Positions 46,962-57,069 of a stretch of 64,000 nucleotides of DNA are shown here, one piece after another (positions within the stretch are counted from its first letter, which is position 1; each line of letters starts with the position of its first letter). The notes under the pieces are model-generated. The model was not told where the DNA came from. It was given only the letters and a program-made list of their open reading frames with translations, and did not search any database. Origin of the DNA: an uncultured Bacteroidota bacterium (GTDB taxonomy: Bacteria; Bacteroidota; Ignavibacteria; UBA10030; UBA6906); contig CAVOYH010000001.1 of assembly GCA_963700635.1 (NCBI GenBank), positions 128,001 to 192,000 of the forward strand. Reading direction: 5' to 3'. Both the position numbers and the translations under genes were made by a program.

Positions 46962-47597
46962 ATGAACAGTTCAAGGAGGAACACCTTGGGAACCCTACGT
47001 CTCGTATCCACCGCCCTGTCAATGGTCGCGGTGATGCTCCTGGCCGGATGCGGCCAATCCAAAACCGTCACGCGTGTAGAACCGGACGAAGTAACCGATC
47101 TGAGCGGGGACTGGAATGACACCGATTCGCGTCTTGTGGCCGAGGAGATGATCAAAGATGTCCTGAACAGACCCTGGCTCGGAGAGTTCAAAGGAGAAAC
47201 AAAACGCTCGCCGGTTGTTATCGTAGGCACGGTGCGCAATAGGACTGCCGAACACATTGCCACAACTGCCTTCATCAAGAATCTGGAACGCGAACTCATT
47301 AATTCTTCCCGCGTCGAGTTTGTTGCCAACAAGGAAGAACGCGCCGAAGTCAGGGATGAACGGGCAGACCAGCAGGAATTCTCTTCGGCTGAATCTCTGA
47401 AAAAATTCCAGAAGGAAACCGGTGCTGATTACATGCTCCGCGGGGATATTACGTCTATTATTGATCAGGCCTCCGGGACACGGGCAAAATTCTATCAGGT
47501 TAATCTTGAACTTGTAAATATCGAAACCAACAAGAAAGTCTGGCTGGGTGAGAAGAAGATCAAGAAGATTGTGACACAGGATGGAACCAAGTTCTAA
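46962..47597 (+). CDS. lpoB: LpoB-like penicillin-binding protein activator lipoprotein
   Basis: Lipobox LLAGC; DLSGDWNDTD, NRTAEHI, GADYMLRG, KVW. Confidence 0.75.
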   Translation: MNSSRRNTLGTLRLVSTALSMVAVMLLAGCGQSKTVTRVEPDEVTDLSGDWNDTDSRLVAEEMIKDVLNRPWLGEFKGETKRSPVVIVGTVRNRTAEHIATTAFIKNLERELINSSRVEFVANKEERAEVRDERADQQEFSSAESLKKFQKETGADYMLRGDITSIIDQASGTRAKFYQVNLELVNIETNKKVWLGEKKIKKIVTQDGTKF

Positions 47598-47604
47598 TCC
47601 CTCC

Positions 47605-48987
47605 ATGCGGCCCGTCGCATACATTCGGAAAGCGCTGTGGATCTGTGCCCCGGCGCTTTCCCTGTTGCTGACCTCATGCGGGGTCTCGACGGAGTTCTAC
47701 CGTTCGGTCGATGCCGAGATGGCCCGGGGCAACTACTCCGACGCAGTGGATGTTGTCCGCAAACACCAGCGAACCTACGGGGACAAGAGTTCGGTGTTGT
47801 ACAACCTGGAGATGGGACTGCTGTTCCATTACGCCGATCAACCGGATTCTTCGACTCTGTACCTGCTCCGGGCGGAGAAAGAAATCGAAGACCTCTACAC
47901 CAAGAGCGTTTCCCTGGGGGCGATGTCCTTCCTGTTGAACGACAACGTGCTGCCGTATGAAGGGGAAGACTTTGAAAAAGTTCTTGTGAATATCTTCCTT
48001 GCCCTGAATTTCGCGGAAAAAGGTCAGGGTGATGAGGCCGTCGTTGAGGCGCGAAAAGTTGACCTCAAACTTCGCGACTATGCACGGCAATACGAAGGAA
48101 AAAATGCCTATCAGGAAGATGCGTTCGCACGATACCTCGCCGGCGTACTGTACGAGTCAAATGGCGAGATAAACGACGCGTTTATCTCCTACCGCAAAGC
48201 GCACGAGGCGTACACGAGGTATGCCACCGAGTTTGGTACACCGGCCCCGAGCTTCCTTCTCGATGATCTAGTCCGGACAGCCGATCTGCTCGGGTTCGGG
48301 GAGGATGCAGATCGTTATCGGACTCAAGGGGGGAAGACGTTCGACCGTTCCGGTTCTCCACGGGGTAGTCTTGTCGTCATCGCCTATGCGGGATTATGCC
48401 CGATCAAAACGGAAATCCGCCCGTCCGTTTCCATCCCTGACAACGACGGTATCATTCACACCTTTCAGATTGCCCTGCCGAAATTTGCTCCCCGATTCAG
48501 AGGGGCACGCTCCTATACCGTGGAAGCACGTCTGGGTGACACTCAGGAGATCGCCGGGTCAACCCGCACAGAACTTGCGGAGGATGTCACGGCTATTGCT
48601 TCCCGGGTGCTGGACGACCGGCTGGGTTTGATCTATCTGAAGAGCGGCGGACGCGCCCTCCTGAAGTTTCTGGCCGCTGAAAAAGCAAAATCGGCCATCA
48701 AGAAGAAAGATGGCGGAGAGAACGAGAGCCGGGGACGGAGTGGCAATACCATTGTGAATATCCTGGGTAGCATCGCGATTGACCTGGCCGTTGGTGCTAC
48801 GGAACAGGCGGACGTCCGGACGTGGCGTACGCTTCCTGCTCAGTTTCAGATGTCACGGTTGATGCTCCAGCCGGGAGCGTACACGGTACGCGTGGCTTCG
48901 AGTGATGGAGGATATCTCCTTCCTGCGGAGCCAGTGACGATCCGGCCGGGCAAAACCTCATTTCTACTTGTCGATGATATCCGGTGA
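47605..48987 (+). CDS. COG3014-like TPR lipoprotein
   Basis: Lipobox LLTSC; PYEGEDFEK, A.VEARK, ADVRTWRTLP. This family typically sits beside LpoB-like genes. Confidence 0.75.
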   Translation: MRPVAYIRKALWICAPALSLLLTSCGVSTEFYRSVDAEMARGNYSDAVDVVRKHQRTYGDKSSVLYNLEMGLLFHYADQPDSSTLYLLRAEKEIEDLYTKSVSLGAMSFLLNDNVLPYEGEDFEKVLVNIFLALNFAEKGQGDEAVVEARKVDLKLRDYARQYEGKNAYQEDAFARYLAGVLYESNGEINDAFISYRKAHEAYTRYATEFGTPAPSFLLDDLVRTADLLGFGEDADRYRTQGGKTFDRSGSPRGSLVVIAYAGLCPIKTEIRPSVSIPDNDGIIHTFQIALPKFAPRFRGARSYTVEARLGDTQEIAGSTRTELAEDVTAIASRVLDDRLGLIYLKSGGRALLKFLAAEKAKSAIKKKDGGENESRGRSGNTIVNILGSIAIDLAVGATEQADVRTWRTLPAQFQMSRLMLQPGAYTVRVASSDGGYLLPAEPVTIRPGKTSFLLVDDIR

Positions 48988-48990
48988 GCG

Positions 48991-51201
48991 ATGAACACAA
49001 CAGCCCAGATTGACGAAGTCTATCGAATTATTCACACTGACCACCACGATCCATTCCAGATCCTGGGCATGCACTCCATCGTAGTCGGCGGAAAGCCTGC
49101 GCTGGTGATTCGTGCCTTTCTTCCTGACAGCAACAGGGTCTTCCTCGTTCCCGCCCGGGGGGCAGGGCTTGCCGCAGAAATCGAACTTTCCCGTGTACAC
49201 GAACATGGCTTCTTTGAAGCCGTTATTCCGGAGAGCACGGAGGCCTTTCCCTACCAGCTCAAAAAAATCACACGGAACGGTGCTATAGAAATCTTTCGCG
49301 ATTCGTACTCGTATTTGCCGACGCTGAGCGATGTTGACGTCTATCTTTTTAATGCCGGAAGCCATCACCGGGTCTATGAAAAGCTCGGCGCGCACTACGC
49401 GGTTGTGGATGGGGTTGGGGGTGTGCAGTTTGCTGTCTGGGCGCCGGGAGCCCGAGCCGTGAGCGTGATCGGGGAGTTTAACGGATGGGACAGGCGTTGC
49501 CACGCGATGCGCGTCCTGGGATCGTCCGGCATCTGGGAGATTTTTGTTCCGGGTTTGCCGGAGGGGGTTCTGTATAAGTTCCAGGTCAAAACGCAGACAG
49601 GATACGTGATGGACAAAACGGACCCCTACGGGTTCGAAATGGAGGTGCGACCCAGCACCGCTTCACGTGTGAATTTTCTCGACAACTATACCTGGAACGA
49701 CGCCGGGTGGCTTGAGCGGCGTGCGCGGGGGGGACAGCTGGATCAGCCGTTCGCTGTCTATGAAGTTCATCCCGGGTCCTGGCAACGCAAGGAGCACGGT
49801 CAATGGCTGACCTATCGAGATCTGGCCGACCGTCTTATTCCCTATGTGCGCTCCACAGGATTCACGCATATCGAACTTCTTCCGGTCATGGAGCATCCCC
49901 TCGACGCTTCCTGGGGGTATCAGGTGACCGGGTACTTTGCACCGACGAGTCGGTTTGGTTCTCCGCAGGATTTTATGTGGTTTGTTGACCGGTGCCACCA
50001 GGAGGGGATCGGGGTCATTCTGGATTGGGTGCCGGCGCATTTTCCACAGGACATTCATGCGCTGGCGCTCTTCGACGGCACGCACCTGTATGAGCATGCA
50101 GATCCCCGGAAAGGGCTACATCAGGATTGGGGCACCTTCATCTTCAACTTCGGGCGGCTGGAAGTGCAGAACTTCCTCATCGGCAATGCCCTGTTCTGGA
50201 TCGATCGGTATCATGTTGATGGTTTCCGTATCGATGCGGTGGCTTCGATGCTCTATCTCGACTATTCGCGCAACGCCGGGGAGTGGATTCCCAATCAGTA
50301 TGGAGGCCGCGAGAATCTCGAAGCGATCCATTTTCTGCGGGAGCTGAACCGCGTCGTCCACGAGTATTATCCGGGCGCCCTTACCATTGCAGAAGAATCA
50401 ACGGCCTGGCCGGGGGTCACAGCACCCATCGAGCATGGCGGCCTCGGTTTTGATCTGAAATGGAATATGGGATGGATGCACGATGTCCTGGAGTACTTCT
50501 CGCATGATCCGGTGCACCGCTCCTACCATCACAACAATCTTACCTTTGCCCTGCTCTATGCGTTTACGGAACGTTTTATTCTTCCGCTCTCGCACGATGA
50601 AGTTGTCCATGGGAAGAACGCCCTGCTGAGCAAGATGACGGGAGATCTCTGGCAGAAACTGGCAAATCTCAGGCTCCTGCTGGGCTTTATGACCGGATTT
50701 CCCGGAAAAAAACTTCTCTTTATGGGGGCGGAATTCGGGCAATGGGACGAATGGAACCATGACCGGAGTCTGGACTGGCACCTTCTCGATTTCGACACGC
50801 ACCGGGGAGTGCACCGGTGGGTGCAGGATGTGCTCCAGCTGTACGCTTCGCGTCGTGCCCTTCATGCCGATGATTTCCACTATAGCGGGTTTTCCTGGGT
50901 GGATTTTCATGATAGCACGGGAAGTATAATTTCCTTCGAACGCTCCGCCCACGAACCCGAAGATGTTATTTCAGTTGTCTGCAACTTCACGCCTGTGCCC
51001 CGATACGATTACCGCGTTGGCGTGCGTGAAGCGGGGTGGTACAAAGAGCTGCTGAACAGTGACGCAGAATTGTATGGTGGCGGAAATGTGGGTAATGGGG
51101 GGGGTGTAAATGCTGACCCGGTGCCATTCCACGATCGACCGTATTCCGTTGCTCTGACCATTCCTCCGCTGGCCGTTCTTTTTCTGAGCCGGGTAGCGTA
51201 G
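48991..51201 (+). CDS. glgB: 1,4-alpha-glucan branching enzyme
   Basis: FAVWAP, SWGYQ, LDWVPAHFP, DGFRIDAVASM, IAEES, LSHDEVVHGK. Confidence 0.97.
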   Translation: MNTTAQIDEVYRIIHTDHHDPFQILGMHSIVVGGKPALVIRAFLPDSNRVFLVPARGAGLAAEIELSRVHEHGFFEAVIPESTEAFPYQLKKITRNGAIEIFRDSYSYLPTLSDVDVYLFNAGSHHRVYEKLGAHYAVVDGVGGVQFAVWAPGARAVSVIGEFNGWDRRCHAMRVLGSSGIWEIFVPGLPEGVLYKFQVKTQTGYVMDKTDPYGFEMEVRPSTASRVNFLDNYTWNDAGWLERRARGGQLDQPFAVYEVHPGSWQRKEHGQWLTYRDLADRLIPYVRSTGFTHIELLPVMEHPLDASWGYQVTGYFAPTSRFGSPQDFMWFVDRCHQEGIGVILDWVPAHFPQDIHALALFDGTHLYEHADPRKGLHQDWGTFIFNFGRLEVQNFLIGNALFWIDRYHVDGFRIDAVASMLYLDYSRNAGEWIPNQYGGRENLEAIHFLRELNRVVHEYYPGALTIAEESTAWPGVTAPIEHGGLGFDLKWNMGWMHDVLEYFSHDPVHRSYHHNNLTFALLYAFTERFILPLSHDEVVHGKNALLSKMTGDLWQKLANLRLLLGFMTGFPGKKLLFMGAEFGQWDEWNHDRSLDWHLLDFDTHRGVHRWVQDVLQLYASRRALHADDFHYSGFSWVDFHDSTGSIISFERSAHEPEDVISVVCNFTPVPRYDYRVGVREAGWYKELLNSDAELYGGGNVGNGGGVNADPVPFHDRPYSVALTIPPLAVLFLSRVA

Positions 51202-51242
51202 TTTCGCTGCATCGAGAATGGTGATTCCACGGAACTGAACCC

Positions 51243-51281
51243 TGTACGCGCATTGTTATAATAGTGTTGAACAAATGTGAA
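51243..51281 (+). promoter_or_regulatory. crt operon extended -10 promoter overlapped by a CarH-type operator
   Basis: TG-T-TATAAT at 51254-51262; TGT at 51243, 51254, 51265 and 51276 (exact 11-bp phasing). Confidence 0.65.
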
Positions 51282-52782
51282 CGACGACGGGAGTTCTGTG
51301 AAGCAGGTCGCTTTAATAGGGTCGGGGTTCGGTGGACTTGCCGAAGCCATTCGCCTGCAGGCTAGGGGCTTCTCCGTCACAATCTTCGAAAAGCGGGATA
51401 AAATCGGAGGAAGGGCATATCAGTTCGTCAAAGACGGCTACACCTTTGACATGGGTCCTTCCCTTATTACCGCTCCCTTTATTATTGACCGTGTGTTCCA
51501 AGCTGCGGGAAGGAACATGCGGGACTACCTCGATCTGATCCCCCTCGATCCTTTCTATCGATTGTATTTCCATGACGGATCGTTCATGGACTATTCCGGT
51601 GATCCGCGCCGCATGAAGGAGGAAATCGCAAAATTCCTACCGGCTGACGCGCTGCACTATGACCGGTTTTTTGAAGATGTGAAAAAGATCTATGATGCGG
51701 TCATCACCGAGGGCCTCGGTGCGAGACCGTTTGAAACGTGGAAGTCGTTTCTCTCGTTTGCGCCCCGCGCCATCCGTCTGGGCGGGCTCCGCCCGGTGTA
51801 CAACTTTGCGAGTCGGTATTTCAAGGACGAACGAAACCGGTTTGCCTTTTCGTTCCATCCGCTCTTCATCGGTGGCTCCCCGTTTCGCGCGCCGAGCATA
51901 TATATCATGATACCGTACCTGGAGCGTGAAGCAGGCGTCTGGTTTGCCCGGGGCGGAATGTACAGCCTTGTCCGTGCCTTTGAAACGGTCTTCCGCGAAC
52001 TCGGAGGAATCATTCACACCGGTGCCGAGGTTGATGAAATTGTGGTGCGTGATGGTCGCGCAACGGGGGTCCGCGTCGCCGGAACCCTCCATCCAGCGGA
52101 CATCGTGGTGTCTAATGGAGACGTCCCGTGGGTCTACAAACACCTCATCAAGCCTGAATTCCGCACACGTCGCTGGTCGGACCGTGCTCTTGGTCGGCTT
52201 CATATGTCCATGAGCTGCTTCCTTCTGTATATCGGAGTCCGCAAGCAGTACCCACAGCTGAAACATCACACGCTCATTCTGAGCGCGCGGTACAGAGAGC
52301 TCATCAGGGATATTTTCGATAAAAAAGTGCTTCCGGACGACTTCTCGATGTATTTGCACGTTCCGAGCCGGACCGATCCCGCGATGGCACCGCCCGGAGC
52401 AGAGAGTATGTATGTGTTGATTCCGGTGCCTCATCTCGGTGGAAAAACCGACTGGAGCGCTTCATCGATTCCATTTAAAGACCGGATTCTGGCATTTCTG
52501 GAGGAAGAGTTTGGCCTGGAAGATTTCCGTGCCAGTATTGAGGTTCTTGAGATGTTCACCCCCCTGGACTTTGAGCGTGAACTTAATGCGCTTTACGGGA
52601 ACGCTTTCAGCATCGAACCGCGTTTAACACAGAGTGCACTCTTCCGTCCACACAATAGAAGCGAGGAGATACGCGGCCTGTATTTTGTCGGGGCCGGAAC
52701 CCATCCCGGAGGGGGAGTCCCAGGTGTTCTTCTTGGTGCCGAAGCAACCGAACAGTGTATTATGGAAGACGTCCCGGCGTGA
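51277..52782 (+). CDS. crtI: Phytoene desaturase
   Basis: IGSGFGGLA, FDMGPSLIT, YFVGAGTHPGGGVPGV. Start may be GTG 51298. Confidence 0.92.
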   Translation: MNDDGSSVKQVALIGSGFGGLAEAIRLQARGFSVTIFEKRDKIGGRAYQFVKDGYTFDMGPSLITAPFIIDRVFQAAGRNMRDYLDLIPLDPFYRLYFHDGSFMDYSGDPRRMKEEIAKFLPADALHYDRFFEDVKKIYDAVITEGLGARPFETWKSFLSFAPRAIRLGGLRPVYNFASRYFKDERNRFAFSFHPLFIGGSPFRAPSIYIMIPYLEREAGVWFARGGMYSLVRAFETVFRELGGIIHTGAEVDEIVVRDGRATGVRVAGTLHPADIVVSNGDVPWVYKHLIKPEFRTRRWSDRALGRLHMSMSCFLLYIGVRKQYPQLKHHTLILSARYRELIRDIFDKKVLPDDFSMYLHVPSRTDPAMAPPGAESMYVLIPVPHLGGKTDWSASSIPFKDRILAFLEEEFGLEDFRASIEVLEMFTPLDFERELNALYGNAFSIEPRLTQSALFRPHNRSEEIRGLYFVGAGTHPGGGVPGVLLGAEATEQCIMEDVPA

Positions 52783-52827
52783 TTTTTTTTGAGCTTTTCT
52801 TGAAATCGGATAATTCGCAAATACCAA

Positions 52828-53772
52828 ATGAATCACATGTCATCAAGACCTATGCATAAGCCCATACTGTCCACAGCCGACGTGGCCCGGCTATTCTGCG
52901 TTACGGAGACGACCGTGAAGAGATGGGCTGATGAGGGAACGCTGAGGTGCCAGAAAACTCCGGGAGGTCACCGCAAATTCCAGATTCGCAACGTGGTTGC
53001 GTTTGCTGAAGAAAACAACTTCGAGCCGATCGGGGCGCTCTCCCTGCCCGGTCAGCCGGAGACCGGGGAGGCCTTGCAGGTCGCGATTCTCAAACGTGAC
53101 TTCACCGTCCTTGTCCGGACGTTCGTTGACAAAGCACTCTCGCCTGACCGCACGGATCTTTACCGCTTCCTCTCATATCTGTATGGACACCGCATCGCGC
53201 TGTGGGAAATCTACGATCTTGTCCTGAAGCCCGGTATGGAGGTGATCGGTGACCGATGGAGCGCTGGCTTAATTGGCATCGGCCAGGAACACATGGCATC
53301 CTACGAAACGCTTGATGCTCTCGCGAAACTCCAGAATGAAATCCTTATCAAGGCACCCACCGGTGATTCGGCAATTCTTGCATGCCTGGGCGAAGAGCTC
53401 CATGAAATCGGTTTACGATGCACTGCCTCCCTCTTTGAGGCAGAAGGATGGCGGACACAGTATCTCGGCGCCCGGACGCCGGCGGACGCCATCCTCAGTG
53501 CTGTCAGAGATTTCCATCCGTTGGTCATCGGCATTTCCGTCACCAGGGTGCACGAGAAGGAAGAGCTGGCACACCAGCTGCACACGATTGCCGAGAGTGC
53601 CAGGGCCTATGGCGGCAAGATGATCATCGGGGGAATGGGCGTCCCGGCCGATCTCCACGGGGCTGCATGGCATGATGGTGTAATACATTCCGGGCGCGAA
53701 CTCCTTACGTTCATCGAAGAACGAGGCAACGGACTCCGTGCTCAAGGCTCTCGCGGACGGAGGGTGTTATGA
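52828..53772 (+). CDS. CarH/LitR-like AdoB12 photoreceptor repressor with an HTH_17 (Xis/BldC-like) DNA-binding domain
   Basis: LSTADVARL...TVKRWADEG...TPGGHRKF; W-x9-EH (WSAGLIGIGQEH); E-x-H-x-x-G (ELHEIG); YLGARTP; GG. Confidence 0.85.
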   Translation: MNHMSSRPMHKPILSTADVARLFCVTETTVKRWADEGTLRCQKTPGGHRKFQIRNVVAFAEENNFEPIGALSLPGQPETGEALQVAILKRDFTVLVRTFVDKALSPDRTDLYRFLSYLYGHRIALWEIYDLVLKPGMEVIGDRWSAGLIGIGQEHMASYETLDALAKLQNEILIKAPTGDSAILACLGEELHEIGLRCTASLFEAEGWRTQYLGARTPADAILSAVRDFHPLVIGISVTRVHEKEELAHQLHTIAESARAYGGKMIIGGMGVPADLHGAAWHDGVIHSGRELLTFIEERGNGLRAQGSRGRRVL

Positions 53773-54716
53773 CCGGTCCGACAATCCACACACATGAATA
53801 CGCACGGCGGGTAACCAAACGGTACGCCCGGACCTTCTATTTTGCATCGCATGTTCTCCCGCGCGACAAATGTGCAGCTGCCTACGCGGTGTATGGATTC
53901 TGTCGTTATGCAGACAACCTGACCGATGCTCATCAGGGAGATGCCGGGCGGATGCCCGGTGCCGCTGCACGGATTGCGGAACTTCGTCAGGAGCTGGCGG
54001 ACATCTACCGGGGCGGGGCGGGTGCGGCCCGGTGGCCCGCGCTTGGCGAAATCGTTCGACGCTACGGCATACCACAGGAGTATCTGGACGCATTGCTGGA
54101 TGGTGTTGAGATGGATCTCACGCCCAGAGTGTACCGGAATTTTGAAGATCTTGACCAGTATTGTTACCGGGTTGCCTCCGTGGTCGGGTTGGTGATGACA
54201 CATGTTTTCGGAGCCACATCGGACAAAGCCCTCCGTCATGCAGCGGAACTCGGGACGGCGATGCAACTGACGAATATCCTGCGGGATGTGGGGGAGGATT
54301 TTGGCATGGGTCGTATCTATCTACCCCGTGACGAAATGGCCCGGTTCGGGGTCTCCGAAGAGACCATTGCGGCCGGTTCTGTGACGGAATCTATCCGGCG
54401 GTTGCTGCAATTCCAGATCACACGCGCGCGCGAGTATTATCATAGAGCCGAACCGGGCATTGCTCTCGTGCCTGACGATGGTTCACGTATTACGGTTCGC
54501 CTGATGAGCACTCTCTACTCGAAGATCCTCGACGCCATTGAACGGAATGACTATGATGTTTTTTCCCTCAGGGCACATGTACCATTCCGTACCAAGTGCC
54601 GAATTGCCTTGTCCGTTGTGACCCGTCCATCAGACCGTCCTTCAGTCTCCTCCAGTACAAAAGACCATAAAGCGAAGATGGTTCACGAAAACATGATGGC
54701 TGATGAAGAGCGCTGA
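53769..54716 (+). CDS. crtB: Phytoene synthase
   Basis: YGFCRYADNLTD, YCYRVASVVG, MQLTNILRDVGED, GRIYLP. Confidence 0.95.
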   Translation: MTGPTIHTHEYARRVTKRYARTFYFASHVLPRDKCAAAYAVYGFCRYADNLTDAHQGDAGRMPGAAARIAELRQELADIYRGGAGAARWPALGEIVRRYGIPQEYLDALLDGVEMDLTPRVYRNFEDLDQYCYRVASVVGLVMTHVFGATSDKALRHAAELGTAMQLTNILRDVGEDFGMGRIYLPRDEMARFGVSEETIAAGSVTESIRRLLQFQITRAREYYHRAEPGIALVPDDGSRITVRLMSTLYSKILDAIERNDYDVFSLRAHVPFRTKCRIALSVVTRPSDRPSVSSSTKDHKAKMVHENMMADEER

Positions 54717-54754
54717 ATCCCCTAACTGACTGATAATCGTTTTATGAGAACCTT

Positions 54755-55642
54755 ATGAATGTGACCGCCCGGAGTCTTGAGTGGGAAGCCTTGTTCCCTC
54801 CGAAAATTGACGACCTGCTCCACCATTCCATCGCCGGAGTTGAACCTCCGGGATTGCGGCACGTGCTGGGTAACGCTGTGACCGGGGGGAAGCGTATCCG
54901 CCCCATCCTCACCGCTCTGGCATGTGCGGCGGCCGGAGGAGACGAGCAGGATACCCTGGAGGCGGGTGCAGCGATTGAGCTACTCCACACGTCTTCCCTT
55001 GTGCACGATGACATTATGGATGAGGCTGATCTGCGTCGGGGCGCTCCAACCATTGTCAAACAAAACGGTACTTCCATGGCCGTCCTTGCCGGGGACGCAC
55101 TACTTGCCCTCTCGTTCCGGCTTATCCACAGCATCACATCGCCCCGCAAAGACGAGATTCAGAGGGTGTTCACAACGACGTTTCTCAATCTCTGCGAAGG
55201 TCAGTGTGCCGATATCCGGGTGACTGAATCGTCCCTGGACGAAACACCCGGCCATTCCTGGATGGTTGAGCGTAAGACTGCGCGCCTTATCGAAGCGTGT
55301 ACCACCATCGGCGGACTGCTGGCTCCATATAACCCGAATCATGTACGGGCCCTGAGCGCCTTCGGTCTCGCACTGGGTCTGGCCTATCAGGCGACCGACG
55401 ATCTGCTTGATGCGAACGGTAACGAAATGGAGACGGGCAAAACAGGCGGGCTGGACCACCGCAACGGCCGACAGACATACCTCACTCTGGCCTACCCGGA
55501 ACGTAATTCGGCTGAGGAGATTCGCCGGCTTATCCGTAACCATACGGCCGCAGGGTGCAGGGCATTGGAGTCGCTCCCGCCCTCATCCTCGCGTGACCGG
55601 CTCGTGGGTCTGGCAATGAGTCTTCTGGATCGGCGCCACTAA
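54755..55642 (+). CDS. crtE: Polyprenyl (geranylgeranyl) diphosphate synthase
   Basis: GGKRIRP, LVHDDIMD, RRG, GQ, KTA, DDLLD; located in the crt operon. Confidence 0.85.
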   Translation: MNVTARSLEWEALFPPKIDDLLHHSIAGVEPPGLRHVLGNAVTGGKRIRPILTALACAAAGGDEQDTLEAGAAIELLHTSSLVHDDIMDEADLRRGAPTIVKQNGTSMAVLAGDALLALSFRLIHSITSPRKDEIQRVFTTTFLNLCEGQCADIRVTESSLDETPGHSWMVERKTARLIEACTTIGGLLAPYNPNHVRALSAFGLALGLAYQATDDLLDANGNEMETGKTGGLDHRNGRQTYLTLAYPERNSAEEIRRLIRNHTAAGCRALESLPPSSSRDRLVGLAMSLLDRRH

Positions 55643-55644
55643 CG

Positions 55645-57069
55645 ATGGCAGCGACGCATCCATATCGCCGCATTCTGGTCTGGTTTCGACGTGCTTTGCG
55701 GGTGGATGACAATATGGCGCTCTGGCATGCCCTCCACGATGGAGAGGAGATTGTGCCCGTACTCTGTCTGTCAGAACATCCTGCTTACCAGGACTTAACT
55801 GAACGGCGCAAGCTCCTCAGAACTCAAATCTGGAATCTGGATGCCGGGCTGAGGAAACGAGGGACTTCCCTCCACGTGCGGCTGGGTTCCCCTGAACGGG
55901 CTCTTCTCACTGCGGCGGCGGTCTATCGTGCAGACGCAGTCTACGCAGTTGCCCTCCACGACACCCCGGGTCTCGAACGGGATGCCGGGATCAAACGGGC
56001 GCTTGGAGCGATGGGTGTGGCCTTTGTTCTCTGGCCGGACCGTGTACTCTCTGAGGCAAATCAAATCCTGACAAAGACAGACACGCCGTACAAAGTGTAC
56101 ACCCCTTTCAGGCGGGCATGGCTCGCCAGTGCCGACGATAAACCGCGGCCGGTGGGATTGTCCCGATCGATTACGCCTGTGCCCTCCGCAGAAGGGACAC
56201 GCACAGTCCACTCGCTCGGATGGGTTGATGGGGTCCGGGAGTTTGATGTGTTGAAACAGTTGAGGAGTTTTCTCAAACACAACGTCGGTCGGTACCACAA
56301 GCAGCGTGATCTTCCCGGCGTGGAAGGGACTTCAAGACTCTCTCCCCATCTCTCGATAGGGAGTATTTCAATCCGGCGGGTTTACTGGGAATCGCGCGCC
56401 GCGGCCGAACACGCGTCACCGGATGCCAGACGTGGGATTACGACCTTTGTAAACGAACTGATCTGGCGCGAGTTTTACTACCAGATACTCGTTCATTTTC
56501 CCTATGTGCTGCAAACGGCGTTCCGTGAAGATTTTCGGTCGCTCCGGTGGAGCGAGAACATGCGGTATTTTGACCGGTGGAAGGAAGGGAATACCGGCTA
56601 TCCGATTGTTGATGCGGCCATGCGGCAGCTTTCGACCGAGGGATGGATGCATAACCGTGCCCGTATGATTGTGGCATCGTTTCTTACGAAAGACCTGCAT
56701 CTCTCGTGGCAGTGGGGCGAGCGGCACTTTCTGAAACTCCTGACGGATGCCGACCTCGCATCCAACAACGGCGGGTGGCAGTGGACAGCCGGTACGGGGA
56801 CCGATGCCTCTCCCTGGTTCCGGATTTTTAATCCTGTTCTCCAGGCAAAAAAGTTCGATCCGGACGGAGTCTATGTCCGCCGGTATGTGCCGGAACTCCG
56901 TGCAGTCCCGGTTCCCTCGATTCATCAGCCATGGAAAATGAACAGGCAGGAACAGGAAGCGGCAGGGTGCATCATAGGCCGGTCCTATCCTGTTCCGCTC
57001 GTAGAACATGGTCAGGCACGCGCGAAAACGCTGAATCTGTACAAGAGCAAACAAAAGGGAATGTTATGA
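55645..57069 (+). CDS. phrB: Deoxyribodipyrimidine (CPD) photolyase
   Basis: WFRRALRVDDN, TSRLSPHL, ELIWREFY, GWMHNRARM, SNNGGWQW, RIFNP. Confidence 0.93.
   Translation: MAATHPYRRILVWFRRALRVDDNMALWHALHDGEEIVPVLCLSEHPAYQDLTERRKLLRTQIWNLDAGLRKRGTSLHVRLGSPERALLTAAAVYRADAVYAVALHDTPGLERDAGIKRALGAMGVAFVLWPDRVLSEANQILTKTDTPYKVYTPFRRAWLASADDKPRPVGLSRSITPVPSAEGTRTVHSLGWVDGVREFDVLKQLRSFLKHNVGRYHKQRDLPGVEGTSRLSPHLSIGSISIRRVYWESRAAAEHASPDARRGITTFVNELIWREFYYQILVHFPYVLQTAFREDFRSLRWSENMRYFDRWKEGNTGYPIVDAAMRQLSTEGWMHNRARMIVASFLTKDLHLSWQWGERHFLKLLTDADLASNNGGWQWTAGTGTDASPWFRIFNPVLQAKKFDPDGVYVRRYVPELRAVPVPSIHQPWKMNRQEQEAAGCIIGRSYPVPLVEHGQARAKTLNLYKSKQKGML

Noticed and set aside
52783-52790. T8 tract between crtI and the CarH-like gene as a phase-variation site or terminator
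   Set aside because: Short, intergenic, with no convincing upstream stem or promoter spacing dependent on it.
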